The notes: a model not told the origin generated them from the letters alone. Shown: positions 22,496-36,676, counted from the stretch's first letter. The stretch: 64,000 nt of DNA from Paraspadella gotoi (GCA_051294375.1 CM119271.1:16387973-16451972), one strand, 5' to 3'. Made by a program: numbers and translations.

Positions 22496-22819
22496 TTTTT
22501 TATATTTATTAAAAAGATTAGCAATTGGATTAAGATTAGGGTTGGTTCGGAAATTGTAATAAAAAGCTTTTCTACCCGTACCAATATCTTTTTTTGTTTT
22601 GGCGTAGCGAGATTTCTATATAAGTCGCTCATAAAAAGCGAAAAAAAAAACCGACCGCAAAATCCAGGTCAGCGAATGTAAAAATAATCCTGTTGGTTGA
22701 TTTTATTCGACCCGAATTATGATTTTTTTTCAATGACTTCCATCAAACCATCTTCTCCCGTTTTTCCCTGTCACCTTACCAATACACTTACCAAGAAACT
22801 TCCCTTCCCAATCCCTAAC

Positions 22820-23223
22820 CTGCGTTCCATTCCCGCATCTCGCGGAACACCTTCCCCACTCGGACGTCCACCACAAAGGCTCGCACTTTCCCTTCCTCTT
22901 CCTCCCTTCTTCCTTTCCCCTCGTGCATTCTCTCTGCCTTCTCGGACTTCTTCTTTCATCGCACGCTTTCTCTTCGTATTTTCTCCCGCTCTTTCCCGCG
23001 CAGATCACGTGACGAGATTCGCGTCCCTTGTGGTTGTTGTTGTCGTCGTCGCAGGGTTCGGCGTCGCAGCCGCCCCAGGTGCCGACGAACCACTCGACGG
23101 GTTCGCAGGGCCGCGCGCTGCAGAGCCGCTTGGTGGGCGGAGCGGCTGCGGACGCGGCGGCGCAGGCGGAGGGATCGACGGGGCGATTGTTGACTAAGCA
23201 TTCCAAGAGGCGGGTTTGCGATC
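22820..23223 (-). CDS. Ppn: Papilin-like, exon 4 (TSP1 repeats)
   Basis: aaag|(G)SQTRLLECLVNNRPV...CEPVEWFVGTWGGC...CEPLWWTSEWGRCSARCGNGTQ|gttagg; 404 nt restores phase 0. Confidence 0.88.
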
Positions 23224-23609
23224 CTTTTTCCGATGGGGTTCAATTAGATTATTACTTAAAATTAAATGTTAATAATGGATCTTGTTTGTTAAAATTAATA
23301 AGAGAAATAATGTATCTATAATAGCGAACCTATTTTGCTTTCTTCGAGATATAAGATGACAAGCTTTTTAAAATATTGTGTATTGAAATTCGTTTTAATT
23401 GGTTAAATCCAAGTTGATATATTTGTAAAATTGTAAATTAATAAAATTTTTATGGTTTTTTTTGTTACTTTGTGTTTATTATTTGAAACTAACTGTTGTA
23501 AACAAATAAAGCAAACATAAAATCCCAAAAATCAACGCTGTCCCTCTTCTTTACGATGCCATCGACAAAGACATCCTTTCCTCTCCCTCCCCTCCATGGA
23601 GGGCTTCCA

Positions 23610-24832
23610 TTTCTCCATCCCTCAATATCTCCATCCCTNNNNNNNNNNNNNNNNNNNNNNNNNCAATATCTCCATCCCTCAATTATCTCCCATCACTCAA
23701 TATCTCCATCACTCAATATCTCCATCACTCAATATCTCCATCACTCAATATCTCCATCACTCAATATCTCCATCACTCAATATCTCCATCACTCAATATC
23801 TCCATCACTCAATATCTCCACTCACTCAATATCTCCATCACTCAATATCTCCATCACTCAATATCTCCATCAACTCAATATCTCCATCACCTCAATATCT
23901 CCATCACTCAATATTCATCACAATATCTCCATCACTCAATATCTCCATCACTCATATCTCCATCATCAATATCTCCATCACTCAATATCTCTCATCATCA
24001 ATATCTCCATCAACTCAATATCTCCATCACTCAAATCTCCATCACTCAATATCTCCATCACTCAATATCTCCATCACTCAATATCTCCATCACTCAATAT
24101 CTCCATCACTCAATATCTCCATCACAATATCTCCATCACTAATATCCCATCACTCAATATCCCATCACTCAATATCTCCATCACTCAATATCTCCATCAC
24201 TCAATATCTCCATCACTCAATATCTCCATCACTCAATATCTCCATCACTCCAATATTCTCCATCACTCAATATCTCCATCACTCATATAATATCTCCATC
24301 ACTCAATATCTCCATCACTCCAATATCTCCATCACTCAATATCTCCATCACTCAATATCTCCATCACTCATATCTCCATCACTCAATATCTCCATCACTC
24401 CGATATCTCCATCACTCAATATCTCCATCACTCAATATCTCCATCACTCAATATCTCACTCAACTCCAATCAAATCTCCATCACTCAATATCTCCATCAC
24501 TCAATATCTCCATCACTCAACTATTCCATCCACTCAATATCTCATCACTCAATATACTCCATCACTCAATATCTCCATCACTCAGCTCAATATCTCCATG
24601 CACTCCAATCATCTCCATTCACTCAATATCTCCATCACTCAATATCTCCATCACTCATATCTCCATCACTCAATGTATCGTCCATCACTCAATATCCATC
24701 ACTAATCTCATCATCATCTGTCACTATCTCCATACACTCAATATCTCCATCATCATCTTCGTCTCAAAGAAGGCAGAAACGTCTCCATCACTCAATATCT
24801 CCATCACTCAATATCTCCATCTCTCCATCACT
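23610..24832. repeat. 16-bp minisatellite (caatatctccatcact)n in papilin intron 3
   Basis: Array visible directly; contains a 25-N gap. Confidence 0.95.
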
Positions 24833-24838
24833 CCTCAC

Positions 24839-25007
24839 CTTCTCCGCAGACGGCGTCGCAGTTGCTCCACGCCCCGGCGCGCCACTCGGGACAAGCGGCG
24901 TCCTCGTTGCAGCTTCTCGTCGACGCCGGTTTTAATACTTTGACGCCGCAGTAGCTTTCGTCGACGAGCGCGTCCAAGTTGTCGTTAATAATTTGAGAAC
25001 AGAAAAC
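24839..25007 (-). CDS. Ppn: Papilin-like, exon 3 (TSP1 repeats)
   Basis: aaag|VFCSQIINDNLDALVDESYC...CPEWRAGAWSNCDAVCGE G|gtgagg; 169 nt, ends in phase 1. Confidence 0.9.
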
Positions 25008-25325
25008 CTTTTGAGATAATGGTGTTGAGAAAGGAGGAAGATGGGAGGAAGATGGGAGGAAAGAGGGGGAAGGAAAAGGGGATGAGAGAAGGAGAGAAAG
25101 GGAAAGGAGAGAAAAATAGGGAGAAAAAAGGCAATAGAGAGGAAGGGAGAAAATAGGAGGGAGTCTCGATTGTAATTTACCATCAATACCAATATAAAAC
25201 GCAAGAAACTTACAGAGTCCATCCATCCCTAGAAATTTAAAACCCGTAAAATCTATCTATAGATACATTCAAATTCTCAATCAATAAAAGATTTAAATTA
25301 TTCAAAACAAAATGAATCAACTGAC

Positions 25326-25511
25326 TTTTCTAAACTGCAGCCCGTGTGGCCCGCAAGGCCGTGAGCAAGGGCTCCAAGGCTCGACCCTCCACTGGGCGGG
25401 GCAGGGTCGCGAGTTGCAGGTTCGATTGAACGGGGGTCGAAGCTCGGGTTTGCAGAGTCGATCCAGAGTCGGTTCGGTTGTGTCGGATTTCACGCAGGAA
25501 ACAGCACGGAC
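25326..25511 (-). CDS. Ppn: Papilin-like, exon 2 (TSP1 repeats)
   Basis: cccaag|VRAVSCVKSDTTEPTLDRLCKPELRPPFNRTCNSRPCPAQWRVEPWSPCSRPCGPHGLQFRK|gtcag; 186 nt. Confidence 0.9.
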
Positions 25512-25727
25512 CTTGGGAGGGGGGCGGGAGAGCAGGGGAGGGGCAAAGAGGGAAGGGGTGAGAGAGAGAGTGAGGGGAAAGGAGTGAAAGGGGGAAGAGA
25601 AGAAAAAAATCGGTGAATATAAAAAATGAAAGTGAAGAGACGTGAAAGAAAATAGGAAGACCGAAGGAAGTTTAAAATTAAAGAAACTAATAATATAATA
25701 TATAATAATTTATAAATTATAATATAA

Positions 25728-27135
25728 GGCGATCCCGGAGTTGAAATCCCTCTGGAGGCTTATGGGAAAACGAAGAGAAAGAAGAGTAAAAAATAAAGTT
25801 CGTTTCTTTACGGAAAAGAAAATTTAAGACCGTAACAATAATGATATTAAAAACGTTTTTAAGCTTCACGAGCTAAAGATTTCTTTTTAATTCTTTAAAA
25901 AATTTATTTATAATATTTTTTATTGCCTTTGAAAGATATTTACAAAATAACAGTTTTTATTTATGATAACCACAATCATTTAATAATTCGGATATGTTTT
26001 GGTTCATGTTTTTTGAACCTTCATCAACCAGTTATAATAGTTTTAATAAATATTTGGATACTAACTTTGAGAGAGAGAGAGAGGCAATTTTAACCTTGAT
26101 ATCTCTCACTCTTTCCGAATTATTAAATGACCATTGTAATCATAAATAAAAACTCTGTTACATTATAAATATTAATATTATATTTTTTATAAATTTATTA
26201 TTATTTAATATATTATTTTTTTAAATGTTAAATTATTGTATATTTAAGCCGAAACTTAATTTTAATTTAAACTTACTGACTGATTTACTCTTAACTTACC
26301 CACATACCCCTAAAACCATAATCCCCTACCCCTAACCTACCCCTACCCTAACTTCCCCTACCTCCAAGCTTACCCCGTCCTCACCTAACATATACCCCAT
26401 ACCATAACCTAAATTAATCGCCCTAACCCTAACTTAAACCGATACACACCTAGAACGATACGCACATGATCTTTGTTCTTAACTATCTTCGCGCCTTACA
26501 CTCCTAACTTACCCACTACCCATACCCTAACTTACCCCTAACTTCACCTAACTTACCCTACCTCCACATTAACTTACACACGCTACCTTACGCTTAGACT
26601 TACCCCTACTCTAACAGATATTAGCGCCCCCTAACCACTAAGCTTACCCCTACCCTAACCTTACCCCTACCTCCTAACCGGACCTAAACTTACCCCTACC
26701 CACTAACTTAAACCCCTACCCGCCCTAACTTACCCTACCCCTAACTTACCCCTACCCCTAACTTACCCCTACCCCTGCATACTTACCCCTACCAAAACCT
26801 AAACTACCTCCTACCCCTAACTTACCCCTGCCCCTAACTTACCCTTAACTTATTTTTTAACACTTAATTTATTTTTTTCTAGTTAACTTACACTTATTCT
26901 TAATTTATTCTTTACAATAATTTATTGTAACCTTAATTTTTACCCAAATAATAATATTTGGTTGTACCAATTTCATATAACAATAATAAAACATATTTAA
27001 AAAAAATTATGATATATATAATTATATCCTCTTCCGTTCCATTTCGTTCTTCTTTTTTTCATTAATTCTTTAAAAAAAACCTTGCTCTTCGTTTTCCCAT
27101 AGGCCTCCAGAGGTCATTGATCTCCAGGAATGCCC
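25728..27135. mobile_element. TIR element with a 17-bp telomere-like array (aacttacccctacccct) and a nested PLE remnant
   Basis: About 55-bp TIRs sharing cctctggaggc.tatgggaaaacgaagag; array at about 26290-26850. Confidence 0.7.
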
Positions 27136-27213
27136 ATTTATGATTTAAGAAAGATTAAAAGAAGAAACATTTAAGAAAAGATTAATTTAAAAAATGTCCT
27201 CTTCCTATCTCAC

Positions 27214-27435
27214 CTGAAACCCACCGCCGCAGGAGGCGGAGCAGGCGCCCCACAATCCGAACTTCCAGGCGAAACCCGAGGAAGAACCATCGCGTTGCAT
27301 TCGCTCCCGAAAGAGGGCGTGGTCGAGACCGTGGCGGAGACGCGTGGAGGTGGAGGGGTGGGGAAAGAGAAGGAGGAGGGGGAGGAGGAGGAGTAGGGGG
27401 AGGAGGAGTAGGGAAGGGGGTCGCAAAGGACCCAT
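27214..27435 (-). CDS. Ppn: Papilin-like, exon 1: signal peptide plus start of TSP1 repeat
   Basis: ATG in context ctaacATGg. Translation MGPLRPPSLLLLPLLLLLPLLLLFPHPSTS...RMQRD...FAWKFGLWGACSASCGGGFQ. Donor CAG|gtgaga, phase 0. Confidence 0.8.
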
Positions 27436-27560
27436 GTTAGTTCGGGGTGGCGGCTTTTTTCTTATTCACTCTTTGAGATGGAGACGGAGTGACGAGAAAG
27501 TTTTTTTTCGCAGAGTGAGAGAGAGACGAGAGATATAGCGACGAGTGACGCAGAGTGGCG

Positions 27561-27602
<42 letters not shown>

Positions 27603-27762
27603 CAAGTTGGTTGGCGGCGAATTTAGGTTTTGTTTAGTTTCTAGTTTTTCGGACGAAGAATTAATTCACTGTTGTTTTCTGTTTTTGAGGTAAAAAGTCG
27701 TGAGAGAGTTTTTGGGTTCCTGTGAAAGAAATTGTGTGAGGTGAATATTGGAAATGCGCGGA

Positions 27763-27891
<129 letters not shown>

Positions 27892-28443
27892 CTTTGTTGG
27901 AAGGACGATTTTTTTTAAGGATTTGAATAGCGAATCGCAAGTTGGGGGAATAAAAGTGTGAATTTAAATCATTTGGGGAAAAAATGTTTAAAGTCGACAG
28001 GAAATTAGGAAATAATTTGCCAGGAAAAATAAATAAAACATATTAGGATTAGCAGAACTTAGAAGTAAATATGATTGTGTTAGTAACCTTTCTTTTTCGT
28101 TGCGATTATAATTTTATTAATTTTCCCTGAACCATTTTTTTGTTCGCATACGGCGAATTCAAGAGCATGAAAAGACCTTTCAACTCGTTACTGAAATTCA
28201 TGGATATGTCTCACGGTATGGCCCGCACGAAATGAGAACAGTCTTCTTGAAAATCCTTAAAAAAGAATTTAACTGATTTTACTTTTCTTTTTTGATTTAT
28301 CTGTCTTTTTATCATAAATTTTACATTCTCCGAATATTCTGATGACTCTGGTTTCACGGCGCCAACTATACCTGAAAAGAGTGCTAACTCTGCAGAGAGT
28401 CTCTTGTGGCAGCATCAACACGCGACCTCTCTCTTCTTTTCTT

Positions 28444-28485
<42 letters not shown>

Positions 28486-28659
28486 TTTCACCCTACTCAT
28501 CTGCTTCATCCTCCTCTTATTCCTTCTTTCTTACCATAGCAATGACTTGAATTTTGAATGAAAGGTTTAAAGAAATAAACCGTTCTCGATATTCTGTATA
28601 GATTATTTAATAAAAGCCTTAGTAATTAGGAATTNNNNNNNNNNNNNNNNNNNNNNNNN

Positions 28660-31600
28660 GAATTTTTTTGTGTTATTATTTGAAAAACTAACTTCAAAAA
28701 CAGAATAAGGCAAACCATAAAATCCCCGAAAAAATCAACGCTTGTCCTCTTCTTTACGATGACAATCGACCTGACAAAGACAGTGCCTTTCCTCTCCTCT
28801 CACGCCCATCCCATGGAGGGCTTACCATTTCTCATCCCTCAATATCTCCATCACTCAACTATTCTCCATCACTCATATCTCGCATCACTCAATATCTCAC
28901 TTATCTACGAAATGCAATATCTCCACTTACTGCACAATATCGTCCATCGAACTGGACACTATCTCCATCACTCAATATCTCACATCACTCAATATCTCCA
29001 ATCACTGCATATCCCATCACTCAATATCTCAGCAATCCCACTTCAATATCTCCATCACTCACGTATCTCCATTCACTCAATATCTCATCACAGCATCATA
29101 TCTCCATCACTCAATTACTTCTCATCACTCAATATATCTCCATGCACTTCAATATCTCCTATCACTCAATATCTTCCATCACTCAAGTATACTCCATCAC
29201 TACATATCCTCCATCACTCAATATCATCCATCATCTAATAATCTCCTCACTCAACTATTACTCCCATCACTCAATATTCTCCATACACTGCCAAATATCT
29301 CCATCCACTCAAGTAATCTCCATCACTCAATATCTCCATCACTCAGATATTTCTCCATTCACTCAATATCTCCAAATCACCTTTTCAATATTCTCATCAT
29401 CAAGTATATCTCCAATCATCAATGATCTCCATTCACTCAATATCTCCATCACTCAATATTCTGCCAATGCACTTTGCAAATATCATCCATCAGCGTGAGG
29501 AGCCTGTAACCACACTTACGACCGCCACATATCTCATATCACTCAATATCATCCGATCCACTCAATATCTCCATCACTCAATGGTATCCTTCCATCACTC
29601 AATATCTCCAATCACTCATATCTCCATCACGTTCAAGTATCTCCACATCACTCATTTCCATCACTCCAAAATAATCTCCATCACTCAATATCTTCCATCA
29701 CTTTCCAATGATCTCCATCACTGCAATATCTCCATCACTGCAATATCTCCATTCACTCAATACAATCTCTCACCAGATCACTCGAAACAAATCTCCGATC
29801 TCATGCCATACACGTGCTCTCCTCACCTTCTCAGCAGTAAACGGCTGGTACAGCATAAGATTGCTTGCCAGCGCCACTCGGGCGCGCACACACTGGTTAT
29901 CAATACAAAGCCGCGGCGTCCTACGTTGTTCAGCTCCTGCGGTCGACGCTCGGTTTTTAAATACTTTGATCTTGCCGCAGTAAGCTTTCGTCGACGAAGC
30001 GCGTCAACGTTGTCCGTTAATGAATTTGAGAACAGAAACCTTTTGAAAGATAGATGGTGTGTTGAGTAAAGGTACGAAGATAGGGGATGGAAGAAATGTG
30101 GAGGAAAGAGGGGAAAAGGAAAAAGGGATGAGAGATTTGATAGAGAATAGAAAATAAGAGAAAACAAATAGGGAACAGAAAAAAGGCATAGATGAGGATA
30201 GGGAGAAAATATGGAGTTAGATCTCAGAATTGTAATTTACCATTCAATTACCAATATACAACGCAGAAACTTACAGAGTCTCATTCCATCCCTAGAATAT
30301 TGTGTGTACCCTTGCGTGTAAATCTAATACTAATAGATACATTTCAAATTCTCAATCATATAAATAGATTTAAATTATTCAAATAACAAAATGATCTTAG
30401 ACTGACTTTTCTAAAACGCATCTCCGTGTGACTCTTCGACCAAGGCTCGTGAGCAAGGCTGCCAAGGCACGACCCTACAACTGGCGGGGCAGGTCGCGAG
30501 TTGCAGGTCGATTGAACGGAGGAGTCCGTAAGCTCGGGTTTGTGCAGAGAGATCGATCACACAAGCACTCATGGATTCGTGTGTCGGATATTCACGGCAG
30601 GAAAACAACACGGACCCTTGAGGATTGGGGGGCCGGTCGAAGAAGCAGCACGAAGGAGGGCAAAGAGGGAAGTGGGTTGAGAGAGAAGAGTGTAGGGAGG
30701 AAAAGTGAAGGAAGGGGAAGAAATAGAAAGAATTTCGTGTTGTAAATATAAGAGAAGAAGAGATGTTTAAGTTTGAAGTAGAAACGCCAAATAGAAAATA
30801 GGTAAGACTCGATGGCTGATACGTTTAAAATGTAAGAAACTAATATATAATAATATATAAAGTAACAATTTATAATTATAATATATAGAGGCAGATCGCC
30901 GAGTTGAAATCCCTTATAGGGTCTTATGGAAAACGAAGAGAAAGAAGAGTAAATATAAATAAAGTGTTCGTGGTTCTTCTCTAACAGAAAAGAAATTTAA
31001 GACGCGCTAACATTGATATTAAAAACGTTTTTTAAAGCTTCACGAGCTAAAGATTTCTTATTTAAATTTTAAAAATTATTATAATATTTTATTAGTATGC
31101 ATTATGAAAAGATATTTTGTACAAAATATTATCAGATTATTATTTATGATACACACAAACCTATTTGAATAATGATATGTTTTGGTTTGCATGTTTTTTG
31201 AACCTTCATCAACCACGTGTATAATAGATTTTAATATATATATGGTATACTAACTTTGAGAGAGAGAGAGGCAATTTTACACTTGATATCCTCACTCTTT
31301 CCTAATTATTAATGCTCATGTTGAGTGTAGTTATACATAAAATAAAAACTCTGCTCTTATCATTTATCAAAAAATTAATTAATTATATTTTTTTTATACA
31401 ATTCTTTATTTATTATTTAATATATTTATTTTTTTAAAGTTAAAATTAATTGTATATTTACAGTGGACCGAAACTTAATTTTAATTTAAACTTACTGACT
31501 GATTTACTCTTAACTTACCCACATACCCCTAAAACCATAATCCCCTACCCCTAACCTACCCCTACCCTAACTTCCCCTACCTCCAAGCTTACCCCGTCCT

Positions 31601-32897
31601 CACCTAACATATACCCCATACCATAACCTAAATTAATCGCCCTAACCCTAACTTAAACCGATACACACCTAGAACGATACGCACATGATCTTTGTTCTTA
31701 ACTATCTTCGCGCCTTACACTCCTAACTTACCCACTACCCATACCCTAACTTACCCCTAACTTCACCTAACTTACCCTACCTCCACATTAACTTACACAC
31801 GCTACCTTACGCTTAGACTTACCCCTACTCTAACAGATATTAGCGCCCCCTAACCACTAAGCTTACCCCTACCCTAACCTTACCCCTACCTCCCACGTAC
31901 ACGCCTGGACCACTAAACTTACCCCTACCCATAACTTAAACCCCTACCCGCCCTAACTTACCCTACCCCTAACTTACCCCTACCACTTAACTTCACCCCT
32001 ACCCCTCATCTTACCCCTACCAAACCTAAACTACCTCCTACCCCTAAACTTAACCCCTGCCCTTAACTTACCGCTTAACTTATTTTTTAACAGCTATAAT
32101 CCCCTTATTTTTTTCTAGTTAACTACCACTTATTCTTAATTTATTCTTTACAATAATTTATTGTACACCTTAATTTTTACCCAAATAATAATATTTGGTT
32201 GTACCAAATTACATCATATACAATAATAAAAACATATTTAAAAAAAAATATTCACTCATAAATCATAATTAATTATATCCTCTACCGTTCCATTCGTTAC
32301 CTTCTTTATATATTGCTTGCTCTCATTTTCTTGTAAAAAAAAAACCTTGCTACATTTCGACGTTTTTCTCCATTAGTGAGACCTTTACGATCAGAGGATC
32401 ATATAGAATACACGCAGGGAAATTGCCCATTTTATGATTTAGTAAATTTATTAAAAGAGAATATTCATGTATAGAGAAAAGAGTTAATTTAAAAAATTGT
32501 CCTCTTCCTATCTCAACCTGAAACACCCGCGCATAGGAGGCGGAGCAGGCGACCCCACAATGCACGAAACCTTCCAGGCGAATACTGCCAGAGAAGAACC
32601 TTAAGAGCGTTGCAATTACGCGTTCGTCTGAACAGAAAGGGCGTGGTCGAGACCGTGGCGGAAGACGGCGTGAGGTGGTAAGGTGGGTGGGAAAGAGAAG
32701 GAGAGGAGGGAGGAAGGAGAGGGGAGGAGAGTAGGGATAGGGGTGCGCGAAAGGCCCATCGTTAGTGTTCGGGGTGGCGCTTTTTTCTTCTTCACCTCTT
32801 TTGAGATGCGAGACGGAGATGGACGAGAAGTTTTTTGTATTATCGCCAGAGTGAGAGAGAGACGAGAAGATATAGCGACGAGTGACGCAGAGGTGGC

Positions 32898-32938
<41 letters not shown>

Positions 32939-34057
32939 GACAAGTTGTTTGGCGGCGAATTTAGGTTTTGTTTAGTTTTCTAAGTTTTCGGACGAAGAAT
33001 TAATTCACTGGTTGTTTCTCTGTTTTTGAGGTAAAAAAGTCGTGAGAGAGTTGTTTTGGGTTCCTGTGGAAAGAATTGTAGTGAGGTGAATATTGGAAAT
33101 GCGGGATGTGAGAGAGAGAGAAGAGGAGAGAGAGAGAGGAGAAGGGAGAGAGGAGAGGGAGAAGCAGAGAGAGAGAGAGACGAGAGAATAATCTTTGTTA
33201 GGAAGGACGATTTTTTTTAAGGCATTTGAAATAAGCGGAATCGCAAGTGTGGGGGACAATACAGTGTGAAATTTAAATCATTTGGGGAAAAAATGTTTCA
33301 AAGTCTGACAGGAAAATTAGGAAACATAAATTTGGCCAGGAAAATACAAAAAACATATTAGATTAGCAGAACTTAGAAGTAAATATGATTGTGGTTAGTA
33401 AACCTTATCTTTTATCGTTCAGATTATATATAATTTATTTAATTTCGCCTAGAACCATTTTTTTGTTCGCATACGGCGAATTCAAAAGAGCAATGAAAAA
33501 GACGCTTTCTAACTCGTTACTTGAAAATTCATGGATATGTCCTCACGGTATGGCCCGCACGAAATGAGTTAAGCAGTCTTCTTGAATAACCCTCCTTATA
33601 ATAAAGAAATTTAACTGATTACTTTTTTTTTTGAGATTCTATCTGATCTTATTTAATCCATAAATATTTAGCAATTCTCCGAATATATCTGATGACTCTG
33701 GTTTCCACCGGCCAGCCAACCTATATCCGTGAAAGAGTGCTAACTCTGCAGAGAGTCTCTTGTGGCAGCTATCAACACGCCGACCTTCTCTTTCTTTTCT
33801 TTCTTTTCTTTCCTCTCTCGTCTCTGCTCTCCTCTCTCTCTCTCTTCTCTTCTCTCTCCTCTCTCCCTCGCGATTTTCACCCCTTATACTACATGCACTG
33901 CTTCATACACTCACTCGTATTCCTTCTTTCTTACCATATATCGCAATATCTTGAATGATTTGAATGTCTAAATGAAGAGTTTAAAGAAAATAACCGTTCT
34001 CGATATTCTGTATAAGATTATTTAAATAAGACTAGCCTTCAGTAGATTAGCGAATTA
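28660..34057. other. Error-rich tandem duplicate of about 23455-28634 (papilin exons 1-3), probable gap-filling artefact
   Basis: Collinear copy starting right after a 25-N gap, with dense 1-2 nt indels in exons and introns alike. Confidence 0.85.
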
Positions 34058-35314
34058 ACTTCTTTAAAAAAAATATTTACGGGAAACAAAATATAGAAAA
34101 AGAAATCCTGCTAAAAAAATCTGAAATATAATAAAAACATAGACATATTTCGACAATCTTTTTGTTTACTCGATTACGAAAAGATTTACCCCGTTTTATG
34201 CGTGATGAGAGGCAAAGTTTTGAATTGTATGGAATTGGTACAACAAATATAAAAAAATCCATTCATTTAATAAATAAGCTAGCTTACCCCAAACTATCTT
34301 CACAACAAGGGCGAGGTTATGCGTGGATGAAGGCTCGTAAAAAAAGAGGCGGCACTTTAATATTCTTGGCCATTGTTGTCGATACAATTGAAAACTTTCC
34401 CTCATTTACTCAAAATAAAATGTAGGGAAGAGACCAATCAATTGAAAATACTGCTATTACAGTAGAAGACACAAAAAAAGTAACTTTTATTAAAATTGGA
34501 ATTCGAAAAAAAGGCGGAAAAATATTTTTGGAAAAAATAATTTCACTAAAAAAAATAAATAAAAGTAAAAAATAAAAGAATCAGCCTTTCCTAAAAAGCC
34601 GAATCTTGAGCCGTGAGAAATAAAAGGGCAACGTTCGGTGAAAAAAAAAGAAGAAATTTACTTCACGAAAGAAAAAGAAAAAAACTTTCTTTTTGATTTC
34701 ACGATTTTTGATCAGAGCGACTTTTGTCTTACGAGGTAAGGGGAGGAGGAGGAGGAGGAGGAGGAGGAGGATGATCCTCAAGGGTCGGGGGTCGAGAGAT
34801 CGGGAAAAAATAAAGAAAGAATAAATATAAAAACGAAAGAAGAAAACGTCCGTTTTCCTCTGGGAGAGGGAGAGAGAGAAAGAGTAAGAGAGAAGAGAGA
34901 GAGAGAGGAGAGAGTATTGAGAGAGAAGAGTACCGTGAATGGGCAGTGATCACACATTCCTGCGCTCAGAGAGAGAAAAAGGCGAGGACAAGAAAAGAAA
35001 ACATTTCTGGGTGGAATTTTTTCACATGAAAGACAAGTGAGTGAAAAGAGAGAGAGAGAGAGAGAGAGAGAGATTGAATGAGGAGAGAGACGAGAGGAGA
35101 GAGAGAGAGAGAAGAGAACAGTGCTCGTGACTGGGGAGAGCGGGGAGACGGGAGGAGAGGGGGTGAGGGAGAGAAATGAGAAAGAGACCCATGACGAATT
35201 AACGTGAAATTTGATTAAGGCGAAAGCAAAACAATGAGAATAGATTGCGAAGATGAGAAGAGAGAGAGAGAGAGGAGAGAGAAAGAGAAGAGAGATAAAA
35301 GAGAGAGAGAAAGA

Positions 35315-35350
<36 letters not shown>

Positions 35351-35978
35351 CAACATTGGCCCCCTTTAAAGTGAATTAACCCAAACGGACAAATCAATAA
35401 ATATTTTCCTCGGGCGCCAATGGCATGATTCACTATCAAGAAATTCCATTTTGTGAAAATCTCATTGAAATAAAATAAAACGAAGTAAAGAATAAATAAA
35501 AAATACAATAGATTTAAACGAAAACAAATGAAAGAAATAAATAAAGAAATAAAAGGAATTGAATCAGAAAGAAACGATTCAGTAATTTTTTTTCGGCTGA
35601 TGTGACGTGATGTGACTGAGTTTAAGATATATCGCACCCTTGTGTGGGTTTGTCGAGAAAAAATTGTATTTGAGAATCATATTTGAATAAAAAAAGTTTA
35701 TTTTTTTAAAAATATATTATTTTTATATAAAAACAAAAAATTATCTTTTTCTTATTTATAAAAATTTAATGAAATTTTGTTTTGGTATAGATATTACATA
35801 ATATGTATATAAAATAATTTTAATTCACTTATAATATAATTTTAAGTAAATAAAAATAAAGTAATTTGGGTATCAATATTAATAATAAATTTATTTTGCT
35901 AGCAAATTTAGTCGAATTCGACTAAATTATTAGCTTTCATTAGGGCAATCACAAAATTATTATTATTATTATTATTAA

Positions 35979-36024
<46 letters not shown>

Positions 36025-36559
36025 GTTGTTGTTATTTCAAAAGCGATAAATTAATAGATACTTTACAACTGATATTTTGTAATACAAGTGGTTAAGTCTT
36101 TCCGGCTAAATTTCACAGGGTGATTCCAGAATATTGAATAAAAAAAGTGACTCAAATTCTCATTGTCGGGATGTGAAAGCGGGGCGGGATGCGGAAGGGA
36201 GACAGAGTAGATCAATTTTTTTTTTGAGAAAGAGGAATCCCCGAATAGTCATAAGAAGACGACGACGAAGACGACGACGACAACGACGAACATTTCCGGG
36301 GAAGGAAGTAATCTCCATTTTATTTGTGATTATTTTGTTCTAATCTTTTATTTTATTTTCTTATCTTTTTTATTCATTTATTATTCGCTTTTGTCATAAG
36401 ACACAAAAACCGGGGAGTCAAATACCGCAAACTTTTTCCTTCCGAAATTTGTTTAAATTCGTGATTCACGAGAATTTAAAAAAAATTAATTTAAAAAAAA
36501 TAATTTGATCTTAAAAGTGAAGAATAAACTGTACCGTCTACGTTAAAAACGCAGCGTGA

Positions 36560-36676
<117 letters not shown>

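Noticed and set aside
23556-24705. Long ORFs and a CRISPR-like regular array
   Set aside because: Head-to-tail 16-bp units with no unique spacers, no cas genes, and a eukaryotic intron context. The same applies to 56243-57042 and 51487-52016.
29823-32943. Second papilin paralog or pseudogene
   Set aside because: Indel pattern and position next to a gap indicate an assembly duplicate.
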